A DNA stretch of 62,682 nt, counting the filler, from Kipferlia bialata (Eukaryota): assembly GCA_003568945.1 (NCBI GenBank). It is 4 parts of 4 records of this genome, joined end to end, with 100 filler letters (N's around TTAATTAATTAA, not from the genome) between each part and the next. Parts side by side here need not be neighbours in the genome. Positions count along the whole stretch, not along the records: positions 1 to 15,611 come from BDIP01000683.1; positions 15,712 to 31,319 come from BDIP01000684.1; 2 more parts are not named here. One strand, 5' to 3'. A model generated the notes under the pieces. That model was not told the DNA's origin and did not search any database. It saw only the letters and a list, made by a program, of their open reading frames with translations. Position numbers and translations under genes: made by a program. Shown one piece after another: positions 14,118 to 27,299 of the stretch (positions are counted from its first letter, which is position 1; every line of letters starts with the position of its first letter).

Positions 14118-15324
14118 ATATATATGTACTTATATATATATAGATACATATTTATATATAACACTTCATATATATCTACAACCTCCTCCACCAGCTTCCG
14201 ACACGTGTTACTCAGACACTCTCTCACTATCAAACTATATCTTGTATATGGTATATATACTACACTAGAGTAGTACCTCCTCCACCAGCTTCCTGCACGT
14301 GTTCCTCAGCCTCACTAGATCCTTGGGAGAGAGGTATGCATCATACATCACACGCCACAGGTAGGAGGCAAGGGTATTGAGGGTTTCTCCTGAAGTTATA
14401 CATTGGCTATATATCTGTATATGAACACTCTACCATTCAAGGTGTAATATGTATGCGTCATCACACGCCACAGGTAGGAGGCTAGGGTGTTCAGTGTCTC
14501 TCCTACTGTTAGAGTAGTGATACTAATCTAATGTCACATACATGTTCATACTATAGATATATGTATTGTATATAGCAATACATGACACGCCACAGGTAGG
14601 AGGGAAGGGTGTTGAAGGTCTCGCCTGTCATAAGCTCATATCGTATTAGTGAATATATGAATATATAAGTGTATTGTTGTGTACTCACCCTTGACCCTCC
14701 TCTTGATGCTCTCCCCTTTGGGGTTGGACCAACTCTCTATATATATACATATGTATACATGTAGACGTGTCTAAACTATTTCTAGTACTCATTGAATCAC
14801 ACTCACCCTTGACCCTCCTCTTGATGCCTCTCTCCAATCTACAATATAACATAACTATGTACATGTCATTTGCATAGAGGTACGATACTATAATATCTCA
14901 CCCTTGACCCTCCTCTTGATGCCCTCTGCATTGGGGTTGGACCGGGTGGGGCGGATCTGGGGTTATATACACATACGAATGAACTCACAAATACACTTGT
15001 ATTAATAAATGTACCAATTAACAGTTGGTGGGGCGCACTAGGTTAATATCAGTGTTGACGAGTAGCTTCTAATACGTGTTAGTGTGAACAGCCGCCACAT
15101 GGATACAGAGACCAGGACAAATGTATCCATATATACAGTGGATACCTTCTTGTTCCATGCCCTGACTGTGTGTGCCACAATCATGATGCACTTCTGATAT
15201 GCCTATGCATATATGATATGCATATACATGAATACATGAATACATACATATATATACATATATCTGATACCTTCTTGTTCCATGCCCTGACTGTGTGTGC
15301 CACAATCAGAGTGCGGCACAGGAC
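597..15324 (-). CDS. large multi-exon (>30 exons) DUF4470-like protein of the family that carries a MYND finger in fungi; 5'-truncated
   Basis: Exons chain in frame from VLCRTLIVAH (15324) to GAINY* (stop 597-599). Motifs recalled from that family: VEITLLAGDCL, YDYITASNMADYIGLLNLL (cf. FDVIDTSNLxDHLGxLNLL), FPVPVNTTPVKIQISRSRRFVRV, VYVHGLYRTAASCVLDVSL, HKYLVRLGILPTHA. Confidence 0.7.
10820..11085 (-). repeat. three intronic 3'-half echoes of exon 11139-11238, each ending in a GT donor
   Basis: Copies start at 10820, 10914 and 11028; two encode exactly TSERVEITLLAGDCLQLLL and one has two amino-acid changes; they are separated by unrelated TA-rich spacers. Confidence 0.95.
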
Positions 15325-15555
15325 CTAACGTAAGGGGTGAGGTAGAAAGAGAGAGAGAGAGAGAGAGACAGAGAGAGAGAGAGATAGAGATACTGTGAGA
15401 GGAGTGTGAGCACTCATACCAAGTCTCTCCATACGCTATGTCTAGTTACCATCACAATGAATATACACACATACATCTGGCTGCATATCATTGAGTGTGA
15501 ATGAGTACATACGGTATCCATGAACCTACTGTGTGTTCATATATATATTCATGTA

Positions 15556-15611
<56 letters not shown>

Positions 15612-15711
15612 NNNNNNNNNNNNNNNNNNNNNNNNNNNNNNNNNNNNNNNNNNNNTTAATTAATTAANNNNNNNNNNNNNNNNNNNNNNNNNNNNNNNNN
15701 NNNNNNNNNNN
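15612..15711. other. artificial scaffold-joining spacer (N-run, TTAATTAATTAA, N-run)
   Basis: The same 100-nt block recurs at 31320 and 47014; it has stops in all six frames; flanking segment lengths descend (15611, 15608, 15594, 15569). Confidence 0.97.
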
Positions 15712-15764
15712 TTTATAAAAATAATGGAACCCCCCCCCCCCCCCCCCCCATTCCCTCATCCCAG

Positions 15765-18465
15765 ACTCCCGCACCTCGGGTCTGTCTGAGGCCAAGGCCA
15801 CCATTCATGACCTCAAGAAGAGTCTGAAGTACAGGGAGAAGGACATCGAGAGGCTCACAGCATCACTCAATGGAGTGTACAGGTTAGGGTCCTGTCTAGT
15901 TGTACTATTACATTCCATGTCATTGATACATCATCACTGTCTAACCCCCAGTGACCTGTCTACCACCCGTGCCGAGTTGCAGTGGTGGAGGGAGGAGGTG
16001 GGGCCCCAGGGCAACTACACCCCCCCTGCCTCTCTGGTGCCCATACCTGTGGAGACACTCAAGAGAGAGAGAGAGAGGAGCACAGAGGGAGATGAGTCAT
16101 CCCTCCTGGATATGCATGCTCTGGATGAAACACTCAGTGGCGCCCCCCTCTCCCCCACCTCTTCTGTCTCCAGACACCACTCGAGACACACCTCCAGACA
16201 CGGGTCCAGACCGCACTCCAGACACAGGAGCACTAGGGAGAGAGGAAAGGTGGAGGCAATGCTGGAGAGGGAGAAGGAGAGAGCGGATACGGCGGAGAGA
16301 GAGCTGGCCGAGCTGAAGGAGTCTCTGGCAGAGTTCACAGCCTTGGAGGAGGAGAGAGAGAGGGAGAGAGAGAGGGCTGCTGCCAGGGAGGCCGAGGCGT
16401 CTGCCCTGAGGGAGAGAAAGGCAGCCATGGAGAGACAGAGGGCGCAGGAGGCAGGCATATACGCCATGCACCCCACCAAGGTGGGTATCACTTGTGCATA
16501 GTATGTATATATATATATATTCCATTATTGGTAGAATCTCTCTCTCTGTGCCCCTCCCACCCCCAGCCCGAGCCCGTCCCCCTCGACTCCTCCTCCTCCT
16601 CTGTCGAGCAGGCTGGGTCCCAGGCACTCACTGCCTTTGCGGCACTCAAGCTGGACCTGGCAGGGATACCAGGCATCAGATCAGCTGGGTCGGGAGGTGA
16701 GTGAAGTAGAGTGTTGACTAGGTGTCTTTGTTGTCATATTCCCTCTATAGTTACAATGACATCTGTTGCGTCTCACCCCCCAGCTGCCGGTGCCATGGAC
16801 AGTCAGAGGGCTCTGGAGAAGGAGAGAGAGAGGGACGTGCCTGCCCTGCACCACAAGAGGACGGAGAAGGTATATTGTGTATGCGTGTCTGTGTATATGT
16901 ATTAGGAATTGCTCTACGGACTCTCCATATATCATCCACTTAGTCTAACCCCCCAGCCTGGTCTGTACATGAAGGAGAGAGAGTCCTCCTATGTGGTGCC
17001 AGGGACCCCCGAGGGACAGAAGACAGAGAGGTGAGAAGGGTACAACTACGAGTCCTTGTCCATGCACACATGTCTATAATAATTGTTAGTCTGTCTCTCA
17101 CCCTCAGGCCCGATATTGGAGACAGTCTAGCCGCTGCCTCCCGCCTGGCTGGTATGTCCTCCCTGACTGTGGATGATACTGTGGATGGGGACACGGGTAT
17201 GGAGCCATCCACAGAGAGCGAGAGGGTGTACAACATTGCATCATTGGGCAGCAGTCACGCACACTCCATGCTGGGACAGACACAGGTGAGGGGGTATGGG
17301 TGCTAGTGAGGTGTATTATTGCGTATCCAACCCCAGACTGGTGCCTTGTCGCTAGGCCTGCCCGCACACCGTGGGGTGGAGAGGGAGAGAGACCCTGTCC
17401 CTGAGGTTGCAGACCCCCTAGCAGGGTCAGTGGCCCTGAGGAGAGAGGTGGACAGACTGGAGGCCAAGAACAGGTGGGTGGGCAGTCATATAGACACAGA
17501 ACAGTATGTCATAGTAGTCATACGTACAAATCCGATCGATGTTGCTCTCCTACTTCCTCCCCCTGACCCCCAGGCTGTCTGAGGACAGGGTCACCAGGAC
17601 AGAGCATGCACTGGCGGAGATGCAGGTGGGTAGCATTGTAGTTAGTGTGTATGTATATACCCTAGTGTGTGTTTACCCCCAGACTGTGTTGGAGCAACTG
17701 GCCAAGGAGCTGCAGACGCAGAGAGAGAGGGAGAAGGAGAGGGAGAGAGAGGCCCAGGCAGCTAAGAGAGCAGAGAGAGCAGAGAGGGAGAGGGAGAGGG
17801 AGAGCGATACCTCACCAACCACACTCAATGTCGTCGATATTAGGTATATACATTTGTATATATATGACATTCTGTGCTCTCCTCTTTCGCAAAGCTTCTA
17901 GGTAAGCATACCCGGTATCCCACCCCTCTGACCCCAGGATGTCCAACTCCAGTATGAGGCGCAGCATAGGCCGCAGCAGGGACGCATGCAGGGATGCCGA
18001 TACCGACTACCCCCCTGCCCCCAGGGGTCAGCGAGACATGGAGACCACCCCGTCCAGACCCCCTAGGTCCAGGCACAGACACACAGAGCCCAGGGTGCCC
18101 ACCCTCGATGTGGGTACCTCCCCCCATGCAGCTGTTGTGCCACACTCTGCGCTGGAGGAGGCACTGGCTGCTGCTGCGGCCATACAGGTAGGGGGTGGCA
18201 TGTGGGGTATCGCGCAGGGTGTTGTGGGAGACCGGTTGGTGTGCTACACGTATCTCGTAATGGGTATTCGCTTCTCCATTTCCTCTTACCTTAGGATGGT
18301 GCCGAGGAGAGAGACGGCACATACAGAGGCCAGATTGAGGATAGGTGGGTGTTGTGATTGGGTCTATATTATCACATAAGCAAGTAAGTGACCCACCCTG
18401 ACCCCAGGCGTCTTGAGTTGAGTGTTGCCAGTAGCACTATAGAGGCACTCATACCACAGCTCCAG
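15765..18465 (+). CDS. hypothetical coiled-coil / low-complexity protein (internal part, ~12 exons)
   Basis: In-frame exon chain with short GT-AG introns (e.g. exons 15765-15880, 15953-16480, 17683-17842, 17938-18187, 18408-18465); E/R/A-rich heptads; ends at a poly-C break. Confidence 0.7.
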
Positions 18466-18497
18466 GTAATGCAACTTACATACGAATGCATACAGTG

Positions 18498-18541
<44 letters not shown>

Positions 18542-18633
18542 TCTTTTACCATTCAGGTAGGAATACTCTCTCTCTCCCCCCCCCCCCTCCCTCTGTGTCT
18601 CCATCTCTCGCTGTCTCTCTCTCTGACTGTAAG

Positions 18634-18861
18634 GCAGGAACACTGTCCTCGTCAGTGGGTGGAGGCAGGCCACACAGGACCCCTCACTCTTTATGTTGAC
18701 CCGAACCGACAGTGACCCTTGTGAGAGTACCCATGCCATTCCCAGGTACTAGCCCTACGTGGGTATATGTAGTAATATACAACTAACCCTCTTTGGCCTG
18801 TGGCTAGACAAGTCTCTCTCTCGTCTCTCTCTCTCGTCTCTCTCTCCCGTCTCTCTCTCTC

Positions 18862-18908
<47 letters not shown>

Positions 18909-19951
18909 TCTAGGTGGACAGTATCTCCTGACATCCCCACCCCCTTCGACCCCTCCTCTCTCAAGGCCATGATATATATATATATATATATATATGATCC
19001 TGATAGGGGGTATCAGTATCAGTATCAGTCATAAGTGATACTGATACATGATCCTGATAGGGGGTGATGTCTACATCTACGGGGTCAGAGACAGGGAGGG
19101 GGCTCTCTCTCCTGACCTCTACATACTGCACCTCGACACTGTCTCCTTCGATACCATCGAGAGAGGGGGGGAGGGGGAGAGAGAGGGGGAGAGAGGGGAA
19201 GGGGTAGTGTGGCCACCACCCAGGCAAGAGCCTGGTCTCTTCAGCCAGGAGGGTCTCTTGTACGTGCTGGGTGGATACACGGGATCGGCTAGAACAAGGT
19301 ATGTAGCATATATTCATATATATACTATAAGGCTATCCCATATACACTCTGTATATCAACGGTCTCATGTGCCTCTTGGGTGGTCAGTATTCTCATATCC
19401 CTCTGAGGAGTGAGAGTGGAGCGACTGCTGGGTGTATGACCCCGAGACATGACGTATCTCTCTCTCTCTCTCTATGTATATATATATTCATGTATACTAT
19501 TATATATATAAATATTCATGTATACTAACATCACAGCAGACATGAGGGACTGCTGCTCCTCTCTCTCTATGTATATATATACTAACATCAGAGTAGAGTG
19601 TATGGACTGCTGGGTGTATGACCTCGAGACTGGACAGTGGACACAGCATCCATACATGGGGCACCACCCAGTACACTACACGAAGACACGTGGGGTATGT
19701 CTTACAGTGGCCTTGTACTCTCTCTCTCCCTCTCTCGTACTGAACATCTTTCTCGGACTCTCTCCCACGATCTCCACCTCTAGATCATTATGGGTTGTTA
19801 ACCGATCCACTCATTCTCTCACTCCCTCTCTCTCTCTGTCTCCCACTCTGTAACTCACCATCAGTCTCACGTGAGGTTCCACTCACCCAAGCACCGAGGG
19901 GGTGGTTATGTGCCAGAGGCCCCTGGCAGTCTCAATGACACCTACTGGGAG
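18634..19951 (+). CDS. kelch-type beta-propeller protein fragment, possibly disrupted
   Basis: Motifs ILIGGDVYIYG, DLYILHLDT, WPPPR...LYVLGGY and DCWVYDLETGQWTQ; exon 18914-19298 is interrupted by an internal duplication and (AT)n. Confidence 0.7.
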
Positions 19952-19953
19952 GT

Positions 19954-19996
<43 letters not shown>

Positions 19997-20236
19997 CGAC
20001 CTGACACCTAATGTGACGTACTCGTGATACTTTATTGTGTAGTTGTCTCTCTTTCTCTCCTTCTAGTTTCTCTCTCTCTCTCTTGATACTGTATCGTGGA
20101 GTACTGTATGCGTAGCATATAAGGATGTGATGCTGTCACTCTCCCGCTCTTCCTCCCTCTCTCCCTAGTCGAACTAACACCCACTCTCGCTCTCTCACTC
20201 TCTCTCTACCTCGCTAGTCCCTCACTCTGTCAGGCA

Positions 20237-21048
20237 ATGGGCCAGTTCTATGTACGGCACAACATAGACAACTCCACCGACCAGGCAAGAGTTTTGATAT
20301 ATAGGCATCAGTGTCATGTGTCTGTATGTCAATGACTAACCCACCAGGTGATCCAGGCGCATGACAGGGTCACTGGCCAGGTCTGTATCCTAGACAAGGC
20401 CACCCACCTGGCACAGCCCCGGTCGGCCAAGTCATGCTTGGTCAACGAAGGTATAGCGATCCGGTCCCATCCCCCCCACCCCCACTCACCCAAGATGTGT
20501 GGCTTGTCTGCTACGAGGAGGAGCAGGTGGAGCACATGCACGACGAATACCCATTCGGGTTCCCAAGGAGTCGAGTCTTCAGTGCCAGGCACCTAGGGGT
20601 GGAGCTGAGCATCAGAGCCACCTTGCTCTACCCCCACCCGTCACTAGGTTGGGCAGTCTGTATATATACGTATCGGTGTGTGTGTGTAGATATCCATACT
20701 GACCCCAGACTGGGCAGAGGACGGAAACCCAGGGCAGAGTATATCTATATATATGTATATATAGCAGAGTGTGTATATATATAAGGCAGAGAATATAGTA
20801 TATATACACGTGTGTGTGTCTATACACTGACCCCAGACTGGGCAGAGTGTATATGTCTATTCTGATACTGGGTATATATCTATATATACATATATTCCTA
20901 TGTAACCTTATGCATATCTTCTCTGACCCCAGACTGGGCAGAGGATGGGGATCCAGGGGAGGAGAGACAGAGGCTGAGCGAGTTCGAGGAGGAGAGCATC
21001 TGGCTCTGGAACGAAAAGAGGATCCCAAAGAAGAGGATAAGGCACTAG
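20237..21048 (+). CDS. small hypothetical protein, 4 exons
   Basis: ATG 20237; exons MGQFY / VIQAHD... / DVWLVCY... / DWAEDG...KRIRH* join in frame through GT-AG introns; two acceptor echoes of the last exon near 20700 and 20830. Confidence 0.55.
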
Positions 21049-21298
21049 GAGAGTGGTGAAATAGGGAATATGGTGGTACTCTGTTCTGAGAGGGCGAATA
21101 GAGTGTACCGATCACTACACCCTTTAGTGAAGTTGTGGCCTTTTGTTTGTCACTTTGAACTCGATGATCCCTGACACAACTGTCCCCTCTCCTCCTCTTC
21201 TAACAGACAAATAGTCCATACTTACAATAAGAGCATGAGTCTCAGCACCGTTAACGCGTATGGTTGGGCCAGCAGCAGGTCCATGGATACCGCAGATG

Positions 21299-21329
<31 letters not shown>

Positions 21330-21495
21330 CCATATAGACAGGATGGAAGAGTATACCATAGGTTACCACACCATACACTTCTTGACTCTAGATTTACAGT
21401 TGAATCAATAATTGTTCATACTAGGCACTCGGCCTCTTTCAAGGGATATTTGTGCTATCATATTACTTAATGATATTCTTCTATTGGCAGCTACA

Positions 21496-24400
21496 CTAGG
21501 CATCAGAAGGGTTGTCGACACATGCACCCGGCACAACAGACCAAGACTCCTGACCGGTCTCGCTATCCATTCCACTACTTGCAGCAGGTGTCACTTGGAT
21601 ATAACAAGAGTCGTCGGCTCTGCCATAGGGTGCAGACTCAGAGTGGGTAGCAGGGGGAGACTCAGCTGCGGGAGAAGAGGTTGGCCCATCAAAGGACTCC
21701 CCGTCTGAGCATTCTATAGAGACAACCGGCGTCTCACTGACACTGGAGTGGTGAGTAGTGCCGACTGCGACACGCTTTCCGTCTCCTCTTACCAAAGACT
21801 TCAAGGTACGCCCTATGTCCAGTCGAGTGTGTTCAGTCACCACACGCTCCTCTTGGGTGACGTCAAACACCTGCGATTAGATACATGTAGTAAGTCAGGT
21901 ATGCATAGTACTTCACAGTATCCATCAACATGATGCAACGACAGTAATCACGCCGTGTACCTGAAGAACTATGAACAGACACACTGCGTAGTCGATCACT
22001 CTGCCGTATGGCTGGATGTCTGAGTATTCGAATATGTCCTCAGCCTCCGATTGACCAAACATGACCATGACTACAATGCAACCAAACGATAGCAGATTGG
22101 TGAACCAGTTGAATGCAGGGGTACGAACGGCAGCAAATCGAAGGGGTGGGCTGCAATGAGATGGCAATTATTGGTGTGCTGACGGGATAGGTTGAAATGG
22201 AAGGAAGTAGTGGTGAATGATACTCCACCTGCACAGCATGTCTGCAAGGACCACAAGGATGGGGCCGACAATCGGAACAACAAGCAAAGCAGAGCTTTTT
22301 AGTGTCAGGTGGAGCTCTATGAGCCTTTCGGACTCACTAGAGTCTCTTGTTGATACATCGAGACAGTCGTCTGAGACCCGTTCGTTGAGTGAGGATATTC
22401 TGGCCGCAGTCATGGCATACGGATCGAAGTCATTCTTGGGGGAGAGGATCAATGAGATGATGAGACTCGAAATGAGACTAAACATCACCCAGGCAGCCGC
22501 TTCTGGGGCAGCACTTCCGGCACTTGATAAGTACAGGGATGTGAGGACACAGACTGTGGCGTGTCTTCGACGCCCGTGCTTCAAGGAGACAGTGTTGTGG
22601 ACTCCTGTAGCTGCCTGGAGAACAAAGAGCAACGAAGCTGCAACAGGCGTGTATAGTACATATGTGAAGAACAACGGGGAGAGTACCACGAAGACAGTGG
22701 CCCGAATCGTGGAAGAGACCACTTTGAGAATGGCGTTACCAGAGTATGTGCTCTGAATCAGTCTCTTGCGCAAGGAAAGAGCGTCACAAAGAGACCAAAT
22801 TGAATCCCACGCCTCGGTAACAAAACAACGAAGTGTCTTGGACTCCTCACCCATGAATGCAAGGAGAACAAAGGCAATAGCAACCATGCCGGAATAGACA
22901 CATATCGCAGCCTCTTTTCTCCAGCCACTACTACCAGCGGCTATGTACCAAAGAGTGGTGTCAGCCATGATGGAAGCCACAATATCTGAGCTGAAGTTGA
23001 GCGTGAAGAAGATGGCATAGGTAAGAACCCTCTTCCGCACAGTCATAGACGTCTGCCGCATAAGGAGCTGCCAATTCATGAAGGAAGCACACACCAACAT
23101 GATCATAACTGCTGCGGAGAGGGTAACAAACAGCATTGGACTCAGATTCTCGCTGACTAGGTACTGAATTGCTGCAGTCGAGATGTTGTCAAGGAACATT
23201 GTCAGTCTAAATGCGTACTTCACCACCGGATAGCGTGTCAAGAGTGCTCCTGATATCCAAACCGGTGTGAATAGACCAACAGTTCTGACGTTGGAGAGAT
23301 GGATGATCGATACATGAACTGAAATATGCCATAGCAGTGATGATCTCTTTGTGACTGAGAGAGAGAGGGCTCCATATAGGGGGAGAATACATATACATAC
23401 CTCAGTACTACAAAAAAGGATCCCGAGAGCATGAACAACTTGAGTGCTGAGAATATTGCAACGTCAAGAGCTACAAAGGCAACGTGAACACCTCGGTCCA
23501 AAAGAGTACGAGTGCTGGTATCATGACCGACAGTAGGATCATCTTCCGGAATGGTGTATATCTCAGTGGGGTATGGCAACTCTGGGTGGATATCATGGCC
23601 TGTGCTGGATGGCTGCTCCCTTTCACCAATGAGTTCAGGTGAGTGAGACTTGATAAGGCCAGAGATGGCACACACCGCCATGGTAGCACCCACTAGGAAC
23701 ACCAGTATGACAGCTCCCCACGACCCTGTTGATATCGGAATGTGAAGGATAGGGGTACCTTCAAACGTGACAACGATACTAGAGAATGCTAGGCTTCCGA
23801 CCCCGAACGAGTCATAGGGGAGGCAGTACTTGAGTGTGGCATAGCTATCGTCAACGCTGAACATAAAGACAGGCTCTGAGGTCGAGCCGTCATACTCCAA
23901 CACCCCAACACCCGCGGTTCCACAGGATATCGGCTCCATGTTGGCATCGTAGAGGGAAATGTCCACAGTCCCACATCCATTCATGGAACCTGTGAAGTCA
24001 CCTTGGACGACAGCCCCCACAACGGGAATAGCAGGAAGGTCAGACCCCGGAACCCAGGCAACAAAGGACTCGCTGATGTTCTTGACAGTACCGTCGAGGT
24101 AGTCAGTGCCGAAATCCCACACGAGTGTGGGTATTGGCAATATGGATCCCTGTGCACCTCGCTGCCAGTCGGGTGGCAGCGCAAGAGGGTGTTCGAACGT
24201 CGCCCGTAAACCATCCTCCTCGGACCATACAGTGGTGCAAGTGGAGACATCCCCGTCGCCAAAGCGGACATTGACGTCCTGTGGCTCCAAATGACTCTCC
24301 CCCAAGTACACACCAATGATATTTCTGGTCTCTCCTGTGTTGGTAATGATCAAATACAAGTCCTCACTTCGGGGGTCTACACATACAATTGTAGTAGCTA

Positions 24401-26201
24401 TATCCATGGAGGATATGACTGCCACGTGATCAGACACGTATCTAGTGCCAAAGATGGTCACTGTCACAAGCTCTCCAGGAACGAAGAAGTCAACATATCC
24501 CATGTAACTGAAGACTACTTCCTGGTCATAGTGTGAGACATATCCCGTAATGTTGGCAGGGGTTCCCCCATCAGAGTGATACCCAAGGGAAACGGCCGAA
24601 GCGTCTTGGACATATGACCCCAGCCCTATAGACACTCTTAGAGAGGGACTTGATGTACCAGAAGAGCTAGGAGAGAACCTGACTTCGACCGGATCAATGT
24701 CTTCTCCCCAACGAGAGTCGATAAACGCAAGGAATGGTATACTCCCAGTGTCATCGGTCCCACTAGGCATGGCCAGTATCAGGAGAGTGTCAGACCAGAG
24801 GGAGACAGAGGACCCGAATCCGTCCAACAGCATTCCCGTCCCTGCCCAGATCTCCTCCCACTCCAAAGGTACACTGTTAGAGCGGCGCTGATACACTTTA
24901 ACAGAACCAAAGGGTGCATCAACGGTTGAGCCTGGACTCCCAACAACCAGTGTGGTGTGTCTTACAGAGAGTGAGGATCCAAAACACACAAACCCGTGTA
25001 TAGATGGACCGGTTTGCCAAGATCCATTATCGAACGAGAATGTGTGTACTGTACTTGTCTGCGCATCATTTTCTTGGGTCTCTGCCACAGCAAGAACATC
25101 ATCGTGAATTGCAACACGGCTACCGAAGGTTGCCCCTCCAGAGAGTCTGAGTGTCTCGTCCCAGGTGGACATTGTCTCTGTACTTGTTGCTTGGTACACA
25201 ACCACAAAACCCGTAGACCCAGTGGTACCACCAAGAACAATCTGGGAGCCGTCAGTAGCCACACTATAGGTATCGGAAGACCCAGGGTATGGCAAGGATA
25301 CAGCTAGCCAAGCACCTGAGCCAGACTCTAAGAGAAAGCCAGCCACTTGTGACCCATCCTCATCAGAGTAATGCGCGATGAGGAGACCACTCCGAAGATC
25401 CAATGCTTGCACCTCACATGTATCACCTGAGTCCCCAAGCGGCAGGACCTGGGCCACCTCCCACTGGTCTGATTCACTGTGGTGGGCAAATACTTGTACT
25501 GAAGCAGTGTCACACACTGCAATACAGCTGCCGTCGATAGCCACACAGCTTCCAAATCCCGCAGTCCCCGTCCCCAGTCTCTCAGTCTGAGTCCACTCTA
25601 GGTTGATACGTCTGTAGATGTAGGCAAATCCAAGAGTGGGGTCCCCCACGACAGCGCACTCCTCTCCAACAGCAACCATGCCTCTTGCATCATTGGATGG
25701 GTCGGTGACGGACACAGGATCTGTCGGAATGTCCAGTTCTGTGACTCTAGAGAACAGAGGATATGTCCTTACCGGGAACTCCCACTCATGCACTCCGTTG
25801 ATCTCGACTGTGAAGGTGAGGGCATCCCACACAACAACCTCTGCAGTGAAGAGCCCCGTCACAGAGTCCAATACCGCCGTGTATCGAGCACTGTCCACTA
25901 CCGCCAAAACCTCCAGAGTAGATAGGACAGCCTCTGGCAGGGTGGTCTCTCCATTGACTGAGATATCCACAGGGTAAGGTAGTCCTCGTGGGAACGAATA
26001 CTCACTCACACTCACAGTGACGCCCAAGTCATCGATACTCATGTCACTCGGTGCGAGCGGGACTTGCAGGGAGGATATCGCCCCATTGGGGGACGGCATG
26101 GGTGCACAATCCACACCTGTTTCACACTCTGGATGACAGGGTAGTATGCCAGGCAGAGGAGGCAGAGGCAGGCTACTAACATCGTGCACATCACTAAAGA
26201 C
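21496..26201 (-). CDS. large surface protein: FG-GAP-like beta-propeller ectodomain plus multi-pass transmembrane C-terminus; 5' end uncertain
   Basis: 2.8-kb exon with FGSCVAIDG, FGSRVAIHDD, FGSSLSV..LVVGSP and FGSSVSLW repeats; the four ORFs join in frame using plausible introns 23285-23400, 22151-22228 and 21871-21960. Confidence 0.7.
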
Positions 26202-27166
26202 CTATTAAGTTAGTGAGAGAGAGAATCAACAGAAGATGGAGAGAGAAAGAGAGCGATGGCTACTATGTGATGCAGGTTGGAGGGGGGGGGGAGCACAATA
26301 TACACGTGCTGGTAAGTGAGCTATCTGAAAGTCGGGTGTTTGGAAGCGGGGCCTGTATACGCAGTATCAAGTACCCGCTGGATAAGAGGAGAGAAGAAGT
26401 GTCATCATCATTGAGCACATGGAGACATAGTTCACAGACATACAGACAGACATATCCACATGAAAGGAAGATGCAATATATCACTCTATTGATGTTGATG
26501 TTGCCGATGTCACAATCGATATAACACGAAGAGGAAGGACAATGACTTGCAAACATGGTCAACTGTGTGTCAGGTACGGGATATCTACTTTAGTGTAATA
26601 TACCACCCGCTCGCTATATTCAACTTCAGAACCCTCCACTCACCTGTGTCAGTCCTATTCCGCCTCGCCTTGCTCCAATGATAGAAGTCTGTCTCAGTCG
26701 CTGAAGTTTTTGACTTTAAACCCTTTGTGAGATTTTCCGACTCACAGTCTTGAGGCCGCTTGAGAGCCTGCTTCAGACCAGAACGTTCCCACAAAGACTC
26801 CATTGTGGCGCTAGAGATGTCTGGGACGCACGTTACCCTAGACCGGGAGGACAGGGTGTTCATGGCCAGGGTCAATGAGTCGGCCAGGAGGTGGAAGGGT
26901 GGGTGGATGTGTACTATAGGAACTATGCCATACTATGCACACCAGCGGCTGTCATGCTCTGCAAGTTCAGTATCATGTCTCTTACTGTTATATATGGGTG
27001 ATACGTACCCCCTCCCGTCTCCCCCTCTGGAATCTGCATTATTGTCATTTGGTACCGGTACTGACCCCCAATGATATTGTTCATTCCACCACTAACTCGA
27101 TACACCACCGCCCCCTACCATAATCTCATTGACAAGTGGCAACTAGTAATTACCCAAGCTCTCCTT

Positions 27167-27214
<48 letters not shown>

Positions 27215-27299
27215 ACCCCTCCCCTCCCTCTCTTTTCTCTGTTCAGTTGCTTCCCTTCGGCTATTTATATACATGTATATATACAGTATATAGTGTCTC

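Noticed and set aside
15656..15667. TTAATTAATTAA palindrome as a biological element (e.g. piggyBac target site)
   Set aside because: It is embedded in N-runs three times identically, so it is an artificial linker.
22168..22170. In-frame TAA suggesting a hexamitid-type TAA/TAG=Gln code or a pseudogene
   Set aside because: It lies inside a plausible GT-AG intron (22151-22228) that preserves frame, and TAA and TAG end other genes here.
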